A stretch of 53,858 nt of DNA from Conidiobolus incongruus B7586. Taxonomy: Eukaryota. The notes under the pieces were generated by a model. It worked only from the letters and a program-made list of their open reading frames with translations, was not told the origin of the DNA and made no database searches. Location of the stretch: positions 1 to 53,858 of the forward strand of contig JNEM01007793.1 in assembly GCA_000697335.1 (NCBI GenBank). Direction: 5' to 3'. Shown piece after piece: positions 35,439 to 47,599 of this stretch (position 1 is the stretch's first letter; each line of letters opens with the position of its first letter). A program made the position numbers and the translations under genes.

Positions 35439-37430
35439 TTAGTTAATCTTATTACTAATGAATCCCTTCATCATATCAAAACTATTACCATCAGGCATCA
35501 ATTCAAGCACTTCACTTTTGCCAACTTGAACTCTCCCTTCATCATCAGTGGTAATAACCCTAAGTCTACCAAATTTAGGCTCCAATCCCAAGACTTTACC
35601 CTTAATATTGCCGCGATCTGTCAAGGTGACCAGTTGATTAGTGTGCAACCATCTGTGATAGAAGATAGGTTCGAAAGGAACAAGACCATTTCGATGCTTC
35701 AAAAATTGGCGGTAAAGCTGCTGGAATTTCAATATAATTCTAGCTAAAAATTCTTCTTGTGTTATTTCTTTCAAATTGGTGTGGTAACGTGTGTTATATT
35801 GTCGAATCATTTCGTTGATGGATAAGGCCGGAGCTGGATTAGAAGTATTGACACCACATCCAATTACCAGGGCGAATTCATTGCCGCTAATAGAACTTTG
35901 TATTAGAATGCCGCCTACCTTGATCAACTTGCCATTGGGATCTTCTCTGTAATCTCTTCCATAGATATCGTTGGGCCATTTCAGATGTAATGGTAACTGC
36001 TCATAACCTGGAAGGTTGAGCAAACTTTCTGTAACAGCTAATCCGATAAGATATTGGATCAAAATGACTGAAATATCAGGCTCGTTGGGGTGTCTAACAA
36101 GCATTGAGAATTGTAAACATCCTTTAGGAGATACCCACACATTGTTACCTCTTCCTTTGCCAGAAGTTTGTTGAGAAGCGACACATAAAGTACCACTAGG
36201 AAGGAGCTGTTGAAATTTATAGTTCTTTTCAAGCAATAATTGGGTAGAGGTCAATACATCTCCATATATTAATGGACTACCAAGTTTGGGCACGAGGTTA
36301 AAAGATGTAGCAACTTCTGTCAGATGGTTGAAAAAGTTATTAATGTTAAAGAATAGGCCATTGGGAAGTTCGTTGCAAGAATTGACTGGCAAAATAGATG
36401 GGTAGTGATCCAAAGAGGTGTCATATTGCTGAATTAACTTAAAATGATTCATTGAACCGTCAAAAACACCTTCGTTAGATTGATCCTGTAAAGATTTTAA
36501 TATGGAATAGTGAGGTAAACTAGGAATACTGGCTAAGATCAATGGAGTAAGTTTGGGAGGAGTATCTGTATTGTTCAGCTTTAGAGATAATAGTTGAAAC
36601 ATTTCAGTAGCAACTTGTTGATGAGTTTTTTCATATTCTTTCAAAGCAGTGCCAATTTTATGCGATTTGGAGGCGTTGGTGTCGAATTCTGGATGAAAGC
36701 CACTCAATAGTGCTTGACCTCCTTTATTTCCAATCTTACATAACACCATGCCTGCTTCCATACTTTTGTCACTCACTTCCTCATATGTTCCAAGTACTCT
36801 GACTTGATCAGGGTATGAAAAAGCATTTTGAAAACTGCCGCCACCGTCATAATAAAAAGGCACTCTGATAACTTGACTAGAAGGTGATGACTGAAACTTG
36901 ACCCAAGCAATTCTGGCACCAGCCTCAGAATTATATTGAAAGCCCTCGAAGGTGGGGCCACGACAAGCGTCCGGGAAGAATTTCAATGCTCTGTCCCCAA
37001 CTACTTCCATTTCAGAATCCCCAATCATAAATTCGCATCTGGAACTCATATAATAACCACCGGCGCAAATCCCCAGCACTTGACCACCATTAGTCACATA
37101 ATTCAAAATTTTTTGGTTACCAATTCCTTTTAATTGATCACAATATGGCAAGTCGCGACCTCCTGGAATCACCAATAGACTAGTAAATTCTTCCCAAGGC
37201 TCTTCCTTAATAGCTTTGGGTTCAATAGTACGAATGGAATAGTTTTGACTCAAATATTTGTTTAAAAAGGTGGACGTAGCACTGACAAATGCTGGCGATG
37301 CACCGGGGCCGTCGTAAATCAAGATATTCATCGGATTGAATTTGTAATCAATATAAGGTAGATATGATAGTGTTCTAATTAATCGTAATGGCTTAAATCG
37401 GGCAGTTAGTTTGAAATAGCCTAAAGGCAT
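35439..37430 (-). CDS. BPL1: Biotin-protein ligase (holocarboxylase synthetase) with BPL_N domain
   Basis: BPL_N motifs MNILIYDGPG, IPGGRDLPY and GICAGGYY. Catalytic motifs STQ, QTSGKGRGNNVWVSP, LKWPNDIY, KVGGIL and PDGNSFDMMKG. Single exon. Confidence 0.95.
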   Translation of the reverse strand: MPLGYFKLTARFKPLRLIRTLSYLPYIDYKFNPMNILIYDGPGASPAFVSATSTFLNKYLSQNYSIRTIEPKAIKEEPWEEFTSLLVIPGGRDLPYCDQLKGIGNQKILNYVTNGGQVLGICAGGYYMSSRCEFMIGDSEMEVVGDRALKFFPDACRGPTFEGFQYNSEAGARIAWVKFQSSPSSQVIRVPFYYDGGGSFQNAFSYPDQVRVLGTYEEVSDKSMEAGMVLCKIGNKGGQALLSGFHPEFDTNASKSHKIGTALKEYEKTHQQVATEMFQLLSLKLNNTDTPPKLTPLILASIPSLPHYSILKSLQDQSNEGVFDGSMNHFKLIQQYDTSLDHYPSILPVNSCNELPNGLFFNINNFFNHLTEVATSFNLVPKLGSPLIYGDVLTSTQLLLEKNYKFQQLLPSGTLCVASQQTSGKGRGNNVWVSPKGCLQFSMLVRHPNEPDISVILIQYLIGLAVTESLLNLPGYEQLPLHLKWPNDIYGRDYREDPNGKLIKVGGILIQSSISGNEFALVIGCGVNTSNPAPALSINEMIRQYNTRYHTNLKEITQEEFLARIILKFQQLYRQFLKHRNGLVPFEPIFYHRWLHTNQLVTLTDRGNIKGKVLGLEPKFGRLRVITTDDEGRVQVGKSEVLELMPDGNSFDMMKGFISNKIN

Positions 37431-37619
37431 AAAATAGTTAATTGATGAATGATAAAATATATGCTATTTAAATATATTATGAATTGGCTAATTATATAGA
37501 TTCTTCAATTTAAATTTTCATATTGTGGTAACAATTGTTATATAAATTTTTGAATTATGGTCACATGATATATCTATCAAATAAATGAAAAAAATTAAAA
37601 TATACACCATTAAAGGAAG

Positions 37620-37691
37620 TGCGCCAGCTGGGAATCGAACCCAGACCACTTGCTTGGAAGGCGAGTATTCTAACCATTATACTACTGGCGC
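37620..37691 (-). tRNA. tRNA-Gly(TCC)
   Basis: Reverse complement: GCGCCAG-TA-GTATAATGGTTAGAATA-CTCGC-CT[TCC]AA-GCAAG-TGGT-CTGGG-TTCGATT-CCCAG-CTGGCGC-A. Acceptor and T stems are perfect, with one C:A mismatch in the anticodon stem. Confidence 0.9.
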
Positions 37692-38016
37692 TCAACATAT
37701 AAGCTATTCATATTCAATTCAAAATCAAAATAATTTCAATAGTCAATCTCATCAATCAACTATTAAAACGATTTTATATTTCATACTTCAATTTTCCAAA
37801 TATTTCAATTTCATTCATTATTTAATTAGGATATACTATAATTGATTTATTTATTGAATTAATCACTCTTCAAATGCAAAAACCTTCTATCAATAATCAA
37901 GCTTTAAAAAAATAAAATAAAAATGTAATATTCATATAAATTATCATATGAGGTATGGTATTTTAAACTGGTGAATCAATAATCAAACAATATTTTATTA
38001 ATTAGCAGTATAGCAA

Positions 38017-41000
38017 TTAGAAAGCTGACAAATTTCTAATATCTTCCAATTTCTTAGCAACTTCGCTGGGAGATCTACCCAAATTTTCGGCAATTTGACT
38101 CCTTATATTGTGAGGTAAATGGATGTAAAGTTCGCATAAATCACCATCAATACATCCTTTGACGGGGATGGAGTTACTTCTGTAGGCAAAGTGGGATCTT
38201 CCGACGAGAGAAATATTATCCTCTTGGCGCAGGGCCTGCTCTAAAGTTTGGAAGAATTCGATATCGTCTTTGGATACGAATGGAATGAGGAGGCCGATTC
38301 TGCCCATTAAGGTAACGTACACCAAAACTTCGCGTCCTCCAGTTACGAGGGATACGGCTTGGAGAGATGTGACGATATCTCCAACATAGAAGTTGACCAA
38401 TCGCCTAGTTCTGTGAGGTGCACCTCCGAGGTAGCCTTTTTCAAAGAGTAGTTTGTTTCCGGTAGGGTCATCGTCCACTTCTTTACTGGTTTCTTCGGAT
38501 GTACGATTGACGAAAATGTTACCGAATTTGTCACCAATAGCAATTGTATTATAATCTAGTTGATATGAGCTTGTGACGGCAGCGCTGGTATCATCATCAG
38601 CAAAAATGATCATCTGATTGTCTGATGGACGATAAGTAGCAAAGAAGAAGGAATCTTGGGAATCGCCTACCAAAATGCGATTGCCTTGAGTGTGAAGAGA
38701 TACAATCATATTAGGCACCAATCTGCACCGGCATTTTCGAAGCATTTTCTTCTTACCCATATCGTAAATTCTTAACGTTTTACCCACACCAGCGAGTAAT
38801 CGACCTTGGAATGCTGCAACAGCCATTGGGAAGTCGTCGACGGGAGTTTTGTGGACGAGTTCTAGGGATGTGCCATCGACGTTCCATTTGTATAAATTAA
38901 GATTGGCTTCGGAGCATGATCTAGGAGCTAAAACAGCATTCTTAGCAGTGCCAACTACCAAATAACGAGTGGAGATGTCGGAATAGAATTGAAGGTTGCA
39001 CATACTGAAAATTGCTTCGTTTTCATCTAATTCAATTTCAGACAACGTTTCACCATCGAAAGGATTAACTACTAAGATTTGGGATGCCCATTTGCCAGGT
39101 TTGTCGGATTGAGGATTTCCAAATGTTAAAGGATCAAGTGCAAGAGCTCCAGGATTTTCAGATTTTAATAAACGATCTAATTCTTGTTTGGAATAAGTAT
39201 GATTTTCGGATAATCCAATAGCAAAGTTATTGCTCTCGGGATGGCATACAAAACGTCTGGGAGTGTATTTTAATGGAATTGATGCTTGGTTGAATACGCC
39301 GCCCAGTTGCTCTACAGATACAATTCTTAAGGTGTTATCGGCAATGGCTACAATACCTTCGGGACATTGTTCGGAACTGAAACTTGATCCTGAATCTAAC
39401 ATTTCATAAGATAGAGGAGAGGTATGAGTCCTTGATTGATAAGTGTAGCTCAACCATGGACGACTAGATAAAGCTAAAACTGCGGGTGAGCCTTGAAGTG
39501 ATATATTAACTAATCTGACGGATCTAGATCCCAAAAATCTGGATCTAGTATCAGAGAGAGAGCCAACAGCTTGGTCAATGACAGTTCTTAACATAATACC
39601 ATTAGTTAACCCAATATAAAGATATAGTGTGCTGAGGTTGGCGCCATGCTCTTTATCCAACATTTCAAGAACTGCGAGGGATGATGGATTGGCAGTGACG
39701 GCTTGGACACTCATTTGGCTAAGTCCAGCGTTGGGATCTAAAGAGAAAACTCTGACAGTGTTGTCACTAGAGCCAACCATCAAAAATGGGAATCGAATTC
39801 TGTCTTCAGGGATAGAACCCAAAGCTAAAGCAGTAACATCAGAAGCGACTTGGATAGTTTCTTCATATTCAACCAAGGTATTGGTATTGTCCAGTTCAAA
39901 GTACATTATTTCTCCACCAGAGAGAGCAATAGCAACTTGACGACTGTTTGTAGCAGCGTGTAATATGATTCTTTGGTTGGGAGGATGCCATTCATTAACT
40001 TTGCCGTTGCTATGGATGTGTCTAATACCGTGAGAGTGAATTTGAATGATACCATCAGGTCCAATTTGCTGAAGTGCAATTGTGGGTACGGTGGTAAGAA
40101 GGCCAGAATCAGTAACTTCTTCAACAGTTTCACCAATTGAAAGAACTAATGTGGCGTTGGCAAAGGAGACAACAATGTATGCATCGTGAGGAGCATCCGA
40201 AGTAAGCTTGGTAGTCCATACAGCACTGGGGTGACCAGGAAGGTCGGATACTGCCATTTCAGTAACTTCCAAACCATGACGGAAAATTCTGAAAGATGAG
40301 CGACTGCCTCTACCACATAGTGAATAAATTTGAGGAGAATCTTCCTCAGTTAAATTATGTAATTGGCTATAAATACTGGGAGAGGAATTTAACACTTGGT
40401 CGACAAGCGCTAGGTTGGTCAATTCTCTGGGCATAAAAGTGACGGTTGGGAATTCTTCGCCAATGGGGTAATCATCACTATTCCAAGTGGGATCATCGGT
40501 GTTGTCGCCCAAGCTTTCAAATTGGTACAATTGATGATCACCAGTTTCGCATGTAACTAGCATGAATCCAGATCTCAAAATAGAGAATCCAGTGGCAAGG
40601 GGAAGGGTGTCAAAGTATTTGATGGTAATTGATTTAACAGCATTTTGCTCATGATCAATAGTAACTTTGTAAATATCGCCAACCTCACTCTGTACCAAAG
40701 CAAAGAATGAGTTTTTCATTCTATGTAAAGCGCTTGCAATAATAATAAGGCCTCTATTTGATGGAATGGGTGATTGTCTATGAGGAATAGGAACTCTATG
40801 TTGCGGAGTATCCTGATGTCTATATGTAATCCAGTTTTCAGAGCAAACCAATACACCAGAAGGGCCATCAACACCGCCTGGTAGAGAAATGAGAAGATTG
40901 GATTTGGGATCAACTGGATCGCTCCACTTCTTAACAACATGATTTAGGCCCAAGTCTAATTCGTAGTATGTAAGCATTTTTTGAGTTTGATTGAAAGCTT

Positions 41001-41610
41001 CACCAGTATGATCCTGATCAGCTTCGGAATAGTCAACTTCTAAACAAGCGAAAACTGGATTTTCAAAGCCAACGTCTATACCAACACAAGAGTGAAGTAT
41101 TGTGTGCGATTTGTGAGCTTCTAAAGGGCTACTAACGGTCAAATTGGCAGCAGAATCTCTATTCATGATATACACAAGCTTCTGCTTTTCGAGGGCAGAA
41201 ATCATAACAGCTCTCCCTTTGGGATCGGTTGCAAGATATTGACCAGGTACAACCCTTCTACATCCAGACTTGCCAAATGTTTCTTCCTGAACCACCACCA
41301 ACTTATTCAATTTAGCATTGTATTCCAACACGGAAAACTTCCCAGAATCTGATCCCACCACGATATAGTCCTTGCTACCACCCGTCAATCTGAAAGGTTT
41401 AATATCTCTAATGACACCAAAGCCCCACTGACGTAATATGGTCACGACTTTCCCTAAGTTGGGGTCGATTTTTACGAGTTGTAGCGAATCTCCGTGATTG
41501 AATAAAATTTCTTGAGATTTTGTGCCTAAAAAATTTCCGAGGACTTGGTTGTGTACTTGGGTAGTTGGCGACAAAGTTAAATTATATAAGAACATATCAG
41601 AATTGGTCAT
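38017..41610 (-). CDS. RSE1: Pre-mRNA splicing factor Rse1/SF3B3 (U2 snRNP SF3b)
   Basis: Motifs MFLYNLTL, ETFGKSGCRRVVPGQYLATDPKGRA, SSPLEAHKS, YYELDLGLNHVV, RHGLEVTEMAVSDLPG, YDMGKKKMLRK and PVKGCIDGDLCE. 1197 aa, single exon. Confidence 0.97.
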   Translation of the reverse strand: MTNSDMFLYNLTLSPTTQVHNQVLGNFLGTKSQEILFNHGDSLQLVKIDPNLGKVVTILRQWGFGVIRDIKPFRLTGGSKDYIVVGSDSGKFSVLEYNAKLNKLVVVQEETFGKSGCRRVVPGQYLATDPKGRAVMISALEKQKLVYIMNRDSAANLTVSSPLEAHKSHTILHSCVGIDVGFENPVFACLEVDYSEADQDHTGEAFNQTQKMLTYYELDLGLNHVVKKWSDPVDPKSNLLISLPGGVDGPSGVLVCSENWITYRHQDTPQHRVPIPHRQSPIPSNRGLIIIASALHRMKNSFFALVQSEVGDIYKVTIDHEQNAVKSITIKYFDTLPLATGFSILRSGFMLVTCETGDHQLYQFESLGDNTDDPTWNSDDYPIGEEFPTVTFMPRELTNLALVDQVLNSSPSIYSQLHNLTEEDSPQIYSLCGRGSRSSFRIFRHGLEVTEMAVSDLPGHPSAVWTTKLTSDAPHDAYIVVSFANATLVLSIGETVEEVTDSGLLTTVPTIALQQIGPDGIIQIHSHGIRHIHSNGKVNEWHPPNQRIILHAATNSRQVAIALSGGEIMYFELDNTNTLVEYEETIQVASDVTALALGSIPEDRIRFPFLMVGSSDNTVRVFSLDPNAGLSQMSVQAVTANPSSLAVLEMLDKEHGANLSTLYLYIGLTNGIMLRTVIDQAVGSLSDTRSRFLGSRSVRLVNISLQGSPAVLALSSRPWLSYTYQSRTHTSPLSYEMLDSGSSFSSEQCPEGIVAIADNTLRIVSVEQLGGVFNQASIPLKYTPRRFVCHPESNNFAIGLSENHTYSKQELDRLLKSENPGALALDPLTFGNPQSDKPGKWASQILVVNPFDGETLSEIELDENEAIFSMCNLQFYSDISTRYLVVGTAKNAVLAPRSCSEANLNLYKWNVDGTSLELVHKTPVDDFPMAVAAFQGRLLAGVGKTLRIYDMGKKKMLRKCRCRLVPNMIVSLHTQGNRILVGDSQDSFFFATYRPSDNQMIIFADDDTSAAVTSSYQLDYNTIAIGDKFGNIFVNRTSEETSKEVDDDPTGNKLLFEKGYLGGAPHRTRRLVNFYVGDIVTSLQAVSLVTGGREVLVYVTLMGRIGLLIPFVSKDDIEFFQTLEQALRQEDNISLVGRSHFAYRSNSIPVKGCIDGDLCELYIHLPHNIRSQIAENLGRSPSEVAKKLEDIRNLSAF

Positions 41611-42389
41611 TTTGAATAAAATTTAAAATATGTAACCAAATATAATTCAAAAAGCTTATAAAATTGATTTATCAATAAATTATATTTATAAAATCTAATT
41701 ATTAATAAATATACGTTTGTTTTTTAAATTTAAATATGTTTTTAATTTTATTGGGAATATTTCATTTCGTACTTTTTATGTTATTACATATTTTCAATCA
41801 AATTATGGGTTGTAATATAGTATATTATTTAAAATTATCCAAATTTATCAGAAAATTATTGTCTACAGTATTAAATTTTCTATAAAAATTATTATGAATA
41901 TTTATTACAAGTTTAAAATTCTGTTATTCTTTTTCAAATATAACAATTATTTTTATAATTGATCTTGCAGAGTACTAAAAATAAAAATACTTGATTGTTT
42001 GATGAAATTCATACCAAAAAATTTTGGTGTTTTTAATCAAAGTTAATTGCTTTTGAACTCCATGTTATATAATAAAACATGAATATATTTTATAATATTC
42101 TAATTTCAATTCATATTATTGAATAATTCACTGATTAAAATCAATACTATGCTCTTAGAATTTTTTGTATTTTTAATTTAATTACAAATAAATTTAAATT
42201 CTTCAATTCAAAAAAAAATCCCACAATCGTTACAATTCTGATTGAGTAACACCTTAAAATAATTGGAGCCTTAATTTGTATAATATTATTCTCAAAAAAT
42301 AATAATTAATCAAAATACAAACACTCATTAGATACAATTCATTGTGAAAATTATTATTTCTTTCGATTTATTAGATTTATTAACTATTT

Positions 42390-44887
42390 ATGGCTGGTAT
42401 GTTTGTATTAAATAATTGAGCTGAATAATAATTTTTTAATTCAATGAATAGATTTAAGTGCATTTTTCGGAGAAGACGAAGAAGAGGATTATTACGAAGT
42501 TGAAGAAAGTTTAACTCATTTAGATATTCATAACGATGACGATAAACCAATAGAAGAGAATGGCGTTATTAATGAAGAATTAAATCAAGCTATTAATACT
42601 CCTATTCCTAATAATGAGTTAAATTTCATTACTGATTCGGAAGTGGACCAATATTCGAAGGAGGATGAAGAGGAATTAAGTCATACTCCTTTGATATTTT
42701 TTGGAAAATATGGTAAATATCCTTTATATATATATTTAGAATATATGTTAATTTTTATATAATAGACGAAGATCTCGAATTTGAATCATTTGATAATAAT
42801 GATTCCTTGGAATATTTAATAAAATCAATCTATGCTAAAACTTTCCCAAGGTAAAAATTCTATAATATATTTATTTTATATTATTGATAAATTTCTTTAA
42901 TAGAAAATTGTGGGCTGCTGAAAACATGATGTCAATTTTAAATAAAAATCCATGGTTAGAGGGATTTAAAGAAACTTTTAATTTAGCTTTCTTTATTTTA
43001 AATAATCCAAGTAACTTTACCATTAAAATGTTGTAAATTGCCAGTTAATCGTATCTACTAGATTATGAATTTAAAATTGCTTTGGTTGAAAAATTTGATG
43101 AATTGTTGATATATCTTTATAAGGTAATATTGATATAATATTAATTATTTTGTTCATTTAACTCACTTTAAAATCAGTACATTGATAAAAAAGCCGATTA
43201 TCCTCAAGAAGTATTCGAAGGCCTTGATTTTGACGAAGAGATGTACGGTTTAATCGAGAGTTCCATGTTAAATAGCAAATCACCAATATTTAATACTTCT
43301 CTCACATGTATTGAAAAGCTTAATAATTTTTTCTCTCAAGCATCTACTGAAAGTGTGCACCATTTCCTAAATGTGGTTTTAAAGTTTTTAAATAATTATG
43401 ATATGGAATCTTTCAACTCTGCTGGTCTTCCTATTTTCATGAAGGCAACTTTTATTTGTTGTAATTTTATTTCATGACTTAATTAATTAATAATATAGAT
43501 TTTATCCGAAATTGTGCCCTACCTCAGTGTCGATACTGTTAATAATGAGTTGATCCCCATACTGGTCACTATGTCATCTCATCAAATGTATCAAACCAGA
43601 AAAGAATGTATTCCATGCTTCAACTATTTAATTACTTCATTACATAGTTCAATTAACTTTGATCAAATTATTTCACTCTATTCAAACTTGGTTTCAGACA
43701 ATAATCACGAAGTGCGTCATGATGCCTGCTTAAACCTAAAAAGTATAGCAGATACCTTGATTATTCAGAACAGACAGGATGATTTAATGAATTGGATGAG
43801 ACATTTTCTAGATGACGCTAGCTCCAAAGTCAAAGCATGCTCTCAAAGTATTATTGGACCTATAATATACGCTTTCCGCGATCAAACAGTTCCATCTTCT
43901 CTTATGGAAAAATACATGGAAATGCCAAATTCACCCAAACCCGAAGTACGATTAACTTGCGCCAAGAACTTTCCCGGTGTACTTTTAGCATTAGGCTCTC
44001 AAGGCTGGAATACTTTGAAGAACACATTTATTCAACTAAGTAACGATTCCTTTATTGAAGTTCAAGTTGTCATTACATCTTTCCTTCACGAATTGCCGAG
44101 TATTATTTCTTCTGAAGATATGGTATCTGATGTAATTCCTATTATTCAAGAATTTCTGGATAACCGTCCCAATCCCATTTATTTGACTATGGCTAATAAT
44201 GCTAATAAGCTCCTCACTAGCCTTGAACCTTCTGTACAAGAAACCATTTCAACGAAACTTTATGATGTGATACTTAATATGTTTGAATTCTCCAAACCAA
44301 ATATTCGAGACGAAGATGGCTATTTAATGACCCACGCTCGCAATAATTTACTCATTATACAATATATCAACGAATTGATTCCATTTTTAAATGCGGATTT
44401 GATCTCAAATGATTTAGTTCCATCTCTTATAGTCAAATTGAAACTACCTAACTCTAACGAAGTTAAACTCAGTGTAATCCACAGTTATGCAATGGCTATT
44501 ACAAGATTAATAGAATTGAACGATGAGAATTATTCACCTTATGAACTAATTTCTGATACCATTCAAAATTTGGAAGAAAGTTCTGATTACAAATGTCGTC
44601 AATATGCTATTATGATCCTTATCGAAGTTGTCAAATCCAATTCCAATAATCGCGACCTATACGAAATAATTTTAAATCCTTTAAAGAGACTAATTAACGA
44701 TAAGGTAAAAAGTGTCCAACTTAGTATGGCTCGATTCCTCAAAGAATTTTCCAAGTTGGTAGATCCAACACAAGAGAATGATCCTATTGTCAACATATAC
44801 TTTTCACTGTTTAATCAACTCAACACTCTCGAAGATATTGAAATTCAATATGAATTATCTCAAGCTATTTCGTTTCCTATCGCTTAA
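42390..44887 (+). CDS. HEAT-repeat phosphatase regulatory subunit, PP4R1-like (multi-exon)
   Basis: The spliced N-terminus MADLSAFFGEDEEED resembles the PPP4R1 start MADLS, followed by an acidic region. HEAT repeats include LVSDNNHEVR, EVRLTCAKNFPGVLLALG..GWNTLK, SFLHEL and LINDKVKSV. Confidence 0.75.
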
Positions 44888-45408
44888 TTGTTTTATTAAT
44901 GTTATTATTGATGATTTTTTATTGGTTTAAAAATCATGTAAATAAATTCACAGTTTATTTATTTTTTATTACACTCTATGATGTTTATATTCTTGATATT
45001 TCTTCAATTTTTATAGTTATTTATAATATATTGAGAATCATTGTTGTAAATTTTTAATTCTGTTAATTAATCATTCAGTTTGTATTTTCAGTAATATGAG
45101 CTATGGAATTAATAGGGACTTTTAACTTTAACTCAAATAGGAATTTCAAAATGTATTGTTACGTTATATTATAAACAATTTTAGCATCAAATTAATACAA
45201 ATATATAATAGCAAAAACTAATGAAATGAATGTGCTTGAATTTGATTGGGTTAAAATAGGCGAATAATAATCCCATATTCAATAAAAATCCACTCAAATT
45301 AGTATAAACAACCAATCAATTAAAAAATTAACTTGACATTTAAAGCGTATAAATTTATCCTTATTTAATCATTCAATAGTTCAGAATTTAGCACTAAGCA
45401 TTCAATTG

Positions 45409-47350
45409 ATGTCAACTTTAACACCTTCGTCAAATCAATCTAAACGTACTGTAAACGCTGAAGAATTAACTCATTCTGAATCTTCTCCCAAAGTTCATAA
45501 AACCATTCATACCCCTGTTGAATCTAGTAAATTCTCAATTTAAAAAAATAATCGACTTATAATTCATTTTAATTTTATAGCTTCTATAGAAAATGAAATA
45601 ATTTCAACTAATTCGCATTCTGAAGAGTCTAAAGAAAAAAATCATTCACAAGATGTAGAAAACAATGAAATTACTCAAGAATTACCCATTAATGAAGCAA
45701 ATGTTCAATATGAAGAGAATTCTTCGCAAATTTCCGAATATTCAAGTAATCAAGTAAGCTTAGAAGGGGACAATTCTAGTAAAAATGGTGATGACACCGA
45801 TGATAATTCTTCACACTATGATGAGTTTGAAGATTGGAGTGCAGAAGGTAATTAATAATTAATAATTTTGTTTTATTTTATTTTTAATATTTATGTTTAG
45901 ATATTGCTGATAAAGAGTCGGATTTAAAGCCTTTCCCCTTTGAAAAGACACTATTTTTGCAACTTGAAGCTAGAAGACTAGGTAAATTTTTAAATTTTTT
46001 TTTGATTTATTTAACCTAATTCTTCTAATATTATTATCAGGACCTAATGAATTTGTTCAAGAATATCTCGAAAATAAAAAAGAACCCATCATTCAGCTTC
46101 TTGACGTATTCGGCGTTCATGTACCTCCTATTGCCATTGATTTAGAAGAGAGTTACCTCAAAACTACTTTATTGCAGAGTATCTCCAAATTTTTAGCAAA
46201 AAGGCAGAGATTATTACATATTAATTCGGTGGAAGATGTAGTTGAGTTAATTCAAAAATCTAATAAAATTATGGTATTAACCGGTGCGGGGGTAAGTTTA
46301 TCTTTTTATTCGAATTTCCATGTATACTAATATATTATTTAGGTTTCTGTATCCTGTGGTATACCAGATTTTAGATCTTCTAACGGAATTTATACTAGAT
46401 TGGGCAAATTTAATTTAAGCGACCCACAACAAATGTTTGATTTAGAATATTTTCGAATTGCTCCTGAGATTTTCTTTTCATTTGCTAAAGAAATTTATCC
46501 CAGCAATTTTAAACCATCTCCTTCGCATATGTTTATCAAATTACTTGAAAATAAGAATAAGCTATTGCGTAACTATACTCAAAATATTGATACTATCGAA
46601 TCCATAGCTGGTATTAACAAAGTTCTCAATTGTCATGGATCATTTGCTTCTGCATCATGTATACTTTGCCACACTAAATATCCTGGTGACTTCATCAAAA
46701 AAGAAATTTTTGAACAAAAAGTACCCTACTGTCCAAATTGTCTTAAGAAGAAAAATGATGATGAAGGATTGATTCCTCCAGTTATTAAGCCTGATATCGT
46801 TTTCTTTGGCGAAGATTTACCTGATGAATTCGATCAAAGTTTCATCAAAGATCGTGAAGAGCTCGATTTACTTATTGTCATGGGATCTAGCTTGAAAGTT
46901 GCCCCAGTCTCTGAAATTATGAACTATTTGCCACCCAATGTCCCTCAAATCCTCATTAATCGAACCCCAAATTACGATATTCATTTCGATGTTCAACTAA
47001 TTGGTTATAGTGATACAATTGTTCAAATCCTCTGTGATCGTTTGGGATGGGAACTACCTGATATTCCTCGACAACCAATTCCTGAGGAAGAGACAAGTTT
47101 CGAAGACTTAATTCGGTTACCACACTACTGGCACAGATTCCCAGGTGCACAGTTGGATCCTATCGAGCTTCTAGATATCGAAAGTGAAGAAGAAGATTGG
47201 AATCAAGAAGGGTCATCTGAAATGCAAGAAATCGATGTGATATCTGTCGCAATGGAATCAGAACACTTAGGCGCAACTAATACTGAGGCACCTAATAATG
47301 ATGATACAATCCCAGACTCAAACCAAATCACAGAAGATCAAGATAATTAA
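45409..47350 (+). CDS. SIR2: NAD-dependent deacetylase, class I sirtuin (Sir2/Hst1/SIRT1)
   Basis: Motifs LTGAG|VSVSCGIPDFRS, YTQNID, CHGSF, CxxC...CxxC zinc ligands, KPDIVFFGE and GSSLKVAPV. The acidic N-terminal exons start at ATG 45409, which is less certain. Confidence 0.92.
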
Positions 47351-47599
47351 TCATTGGTTCATTTTAACTTTTTAATATATTTAGACATTATTCATCTCAT
47401 TATCATTGAATGATATCATTACTAACACAGGATTTTCATTTTTGTAAATAAGACAATACATGATTTCATTTATTTAATAAATTTATTATCATTACTAATT
47501 TCTTAGTGCCTAAAATCTTAATAAAATGCCTTGAATTATTTATAATCTCTAGCATACCAAGCTTAATTGAAATATATATTATTTATGACATACGCGAAA

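Noticed and set aside
37585..37845. 86-aa ORF
   Set aside because: It is antisense to tRNA-Gly and continues into low-complexity AT-rich sequence, so it is spurious.
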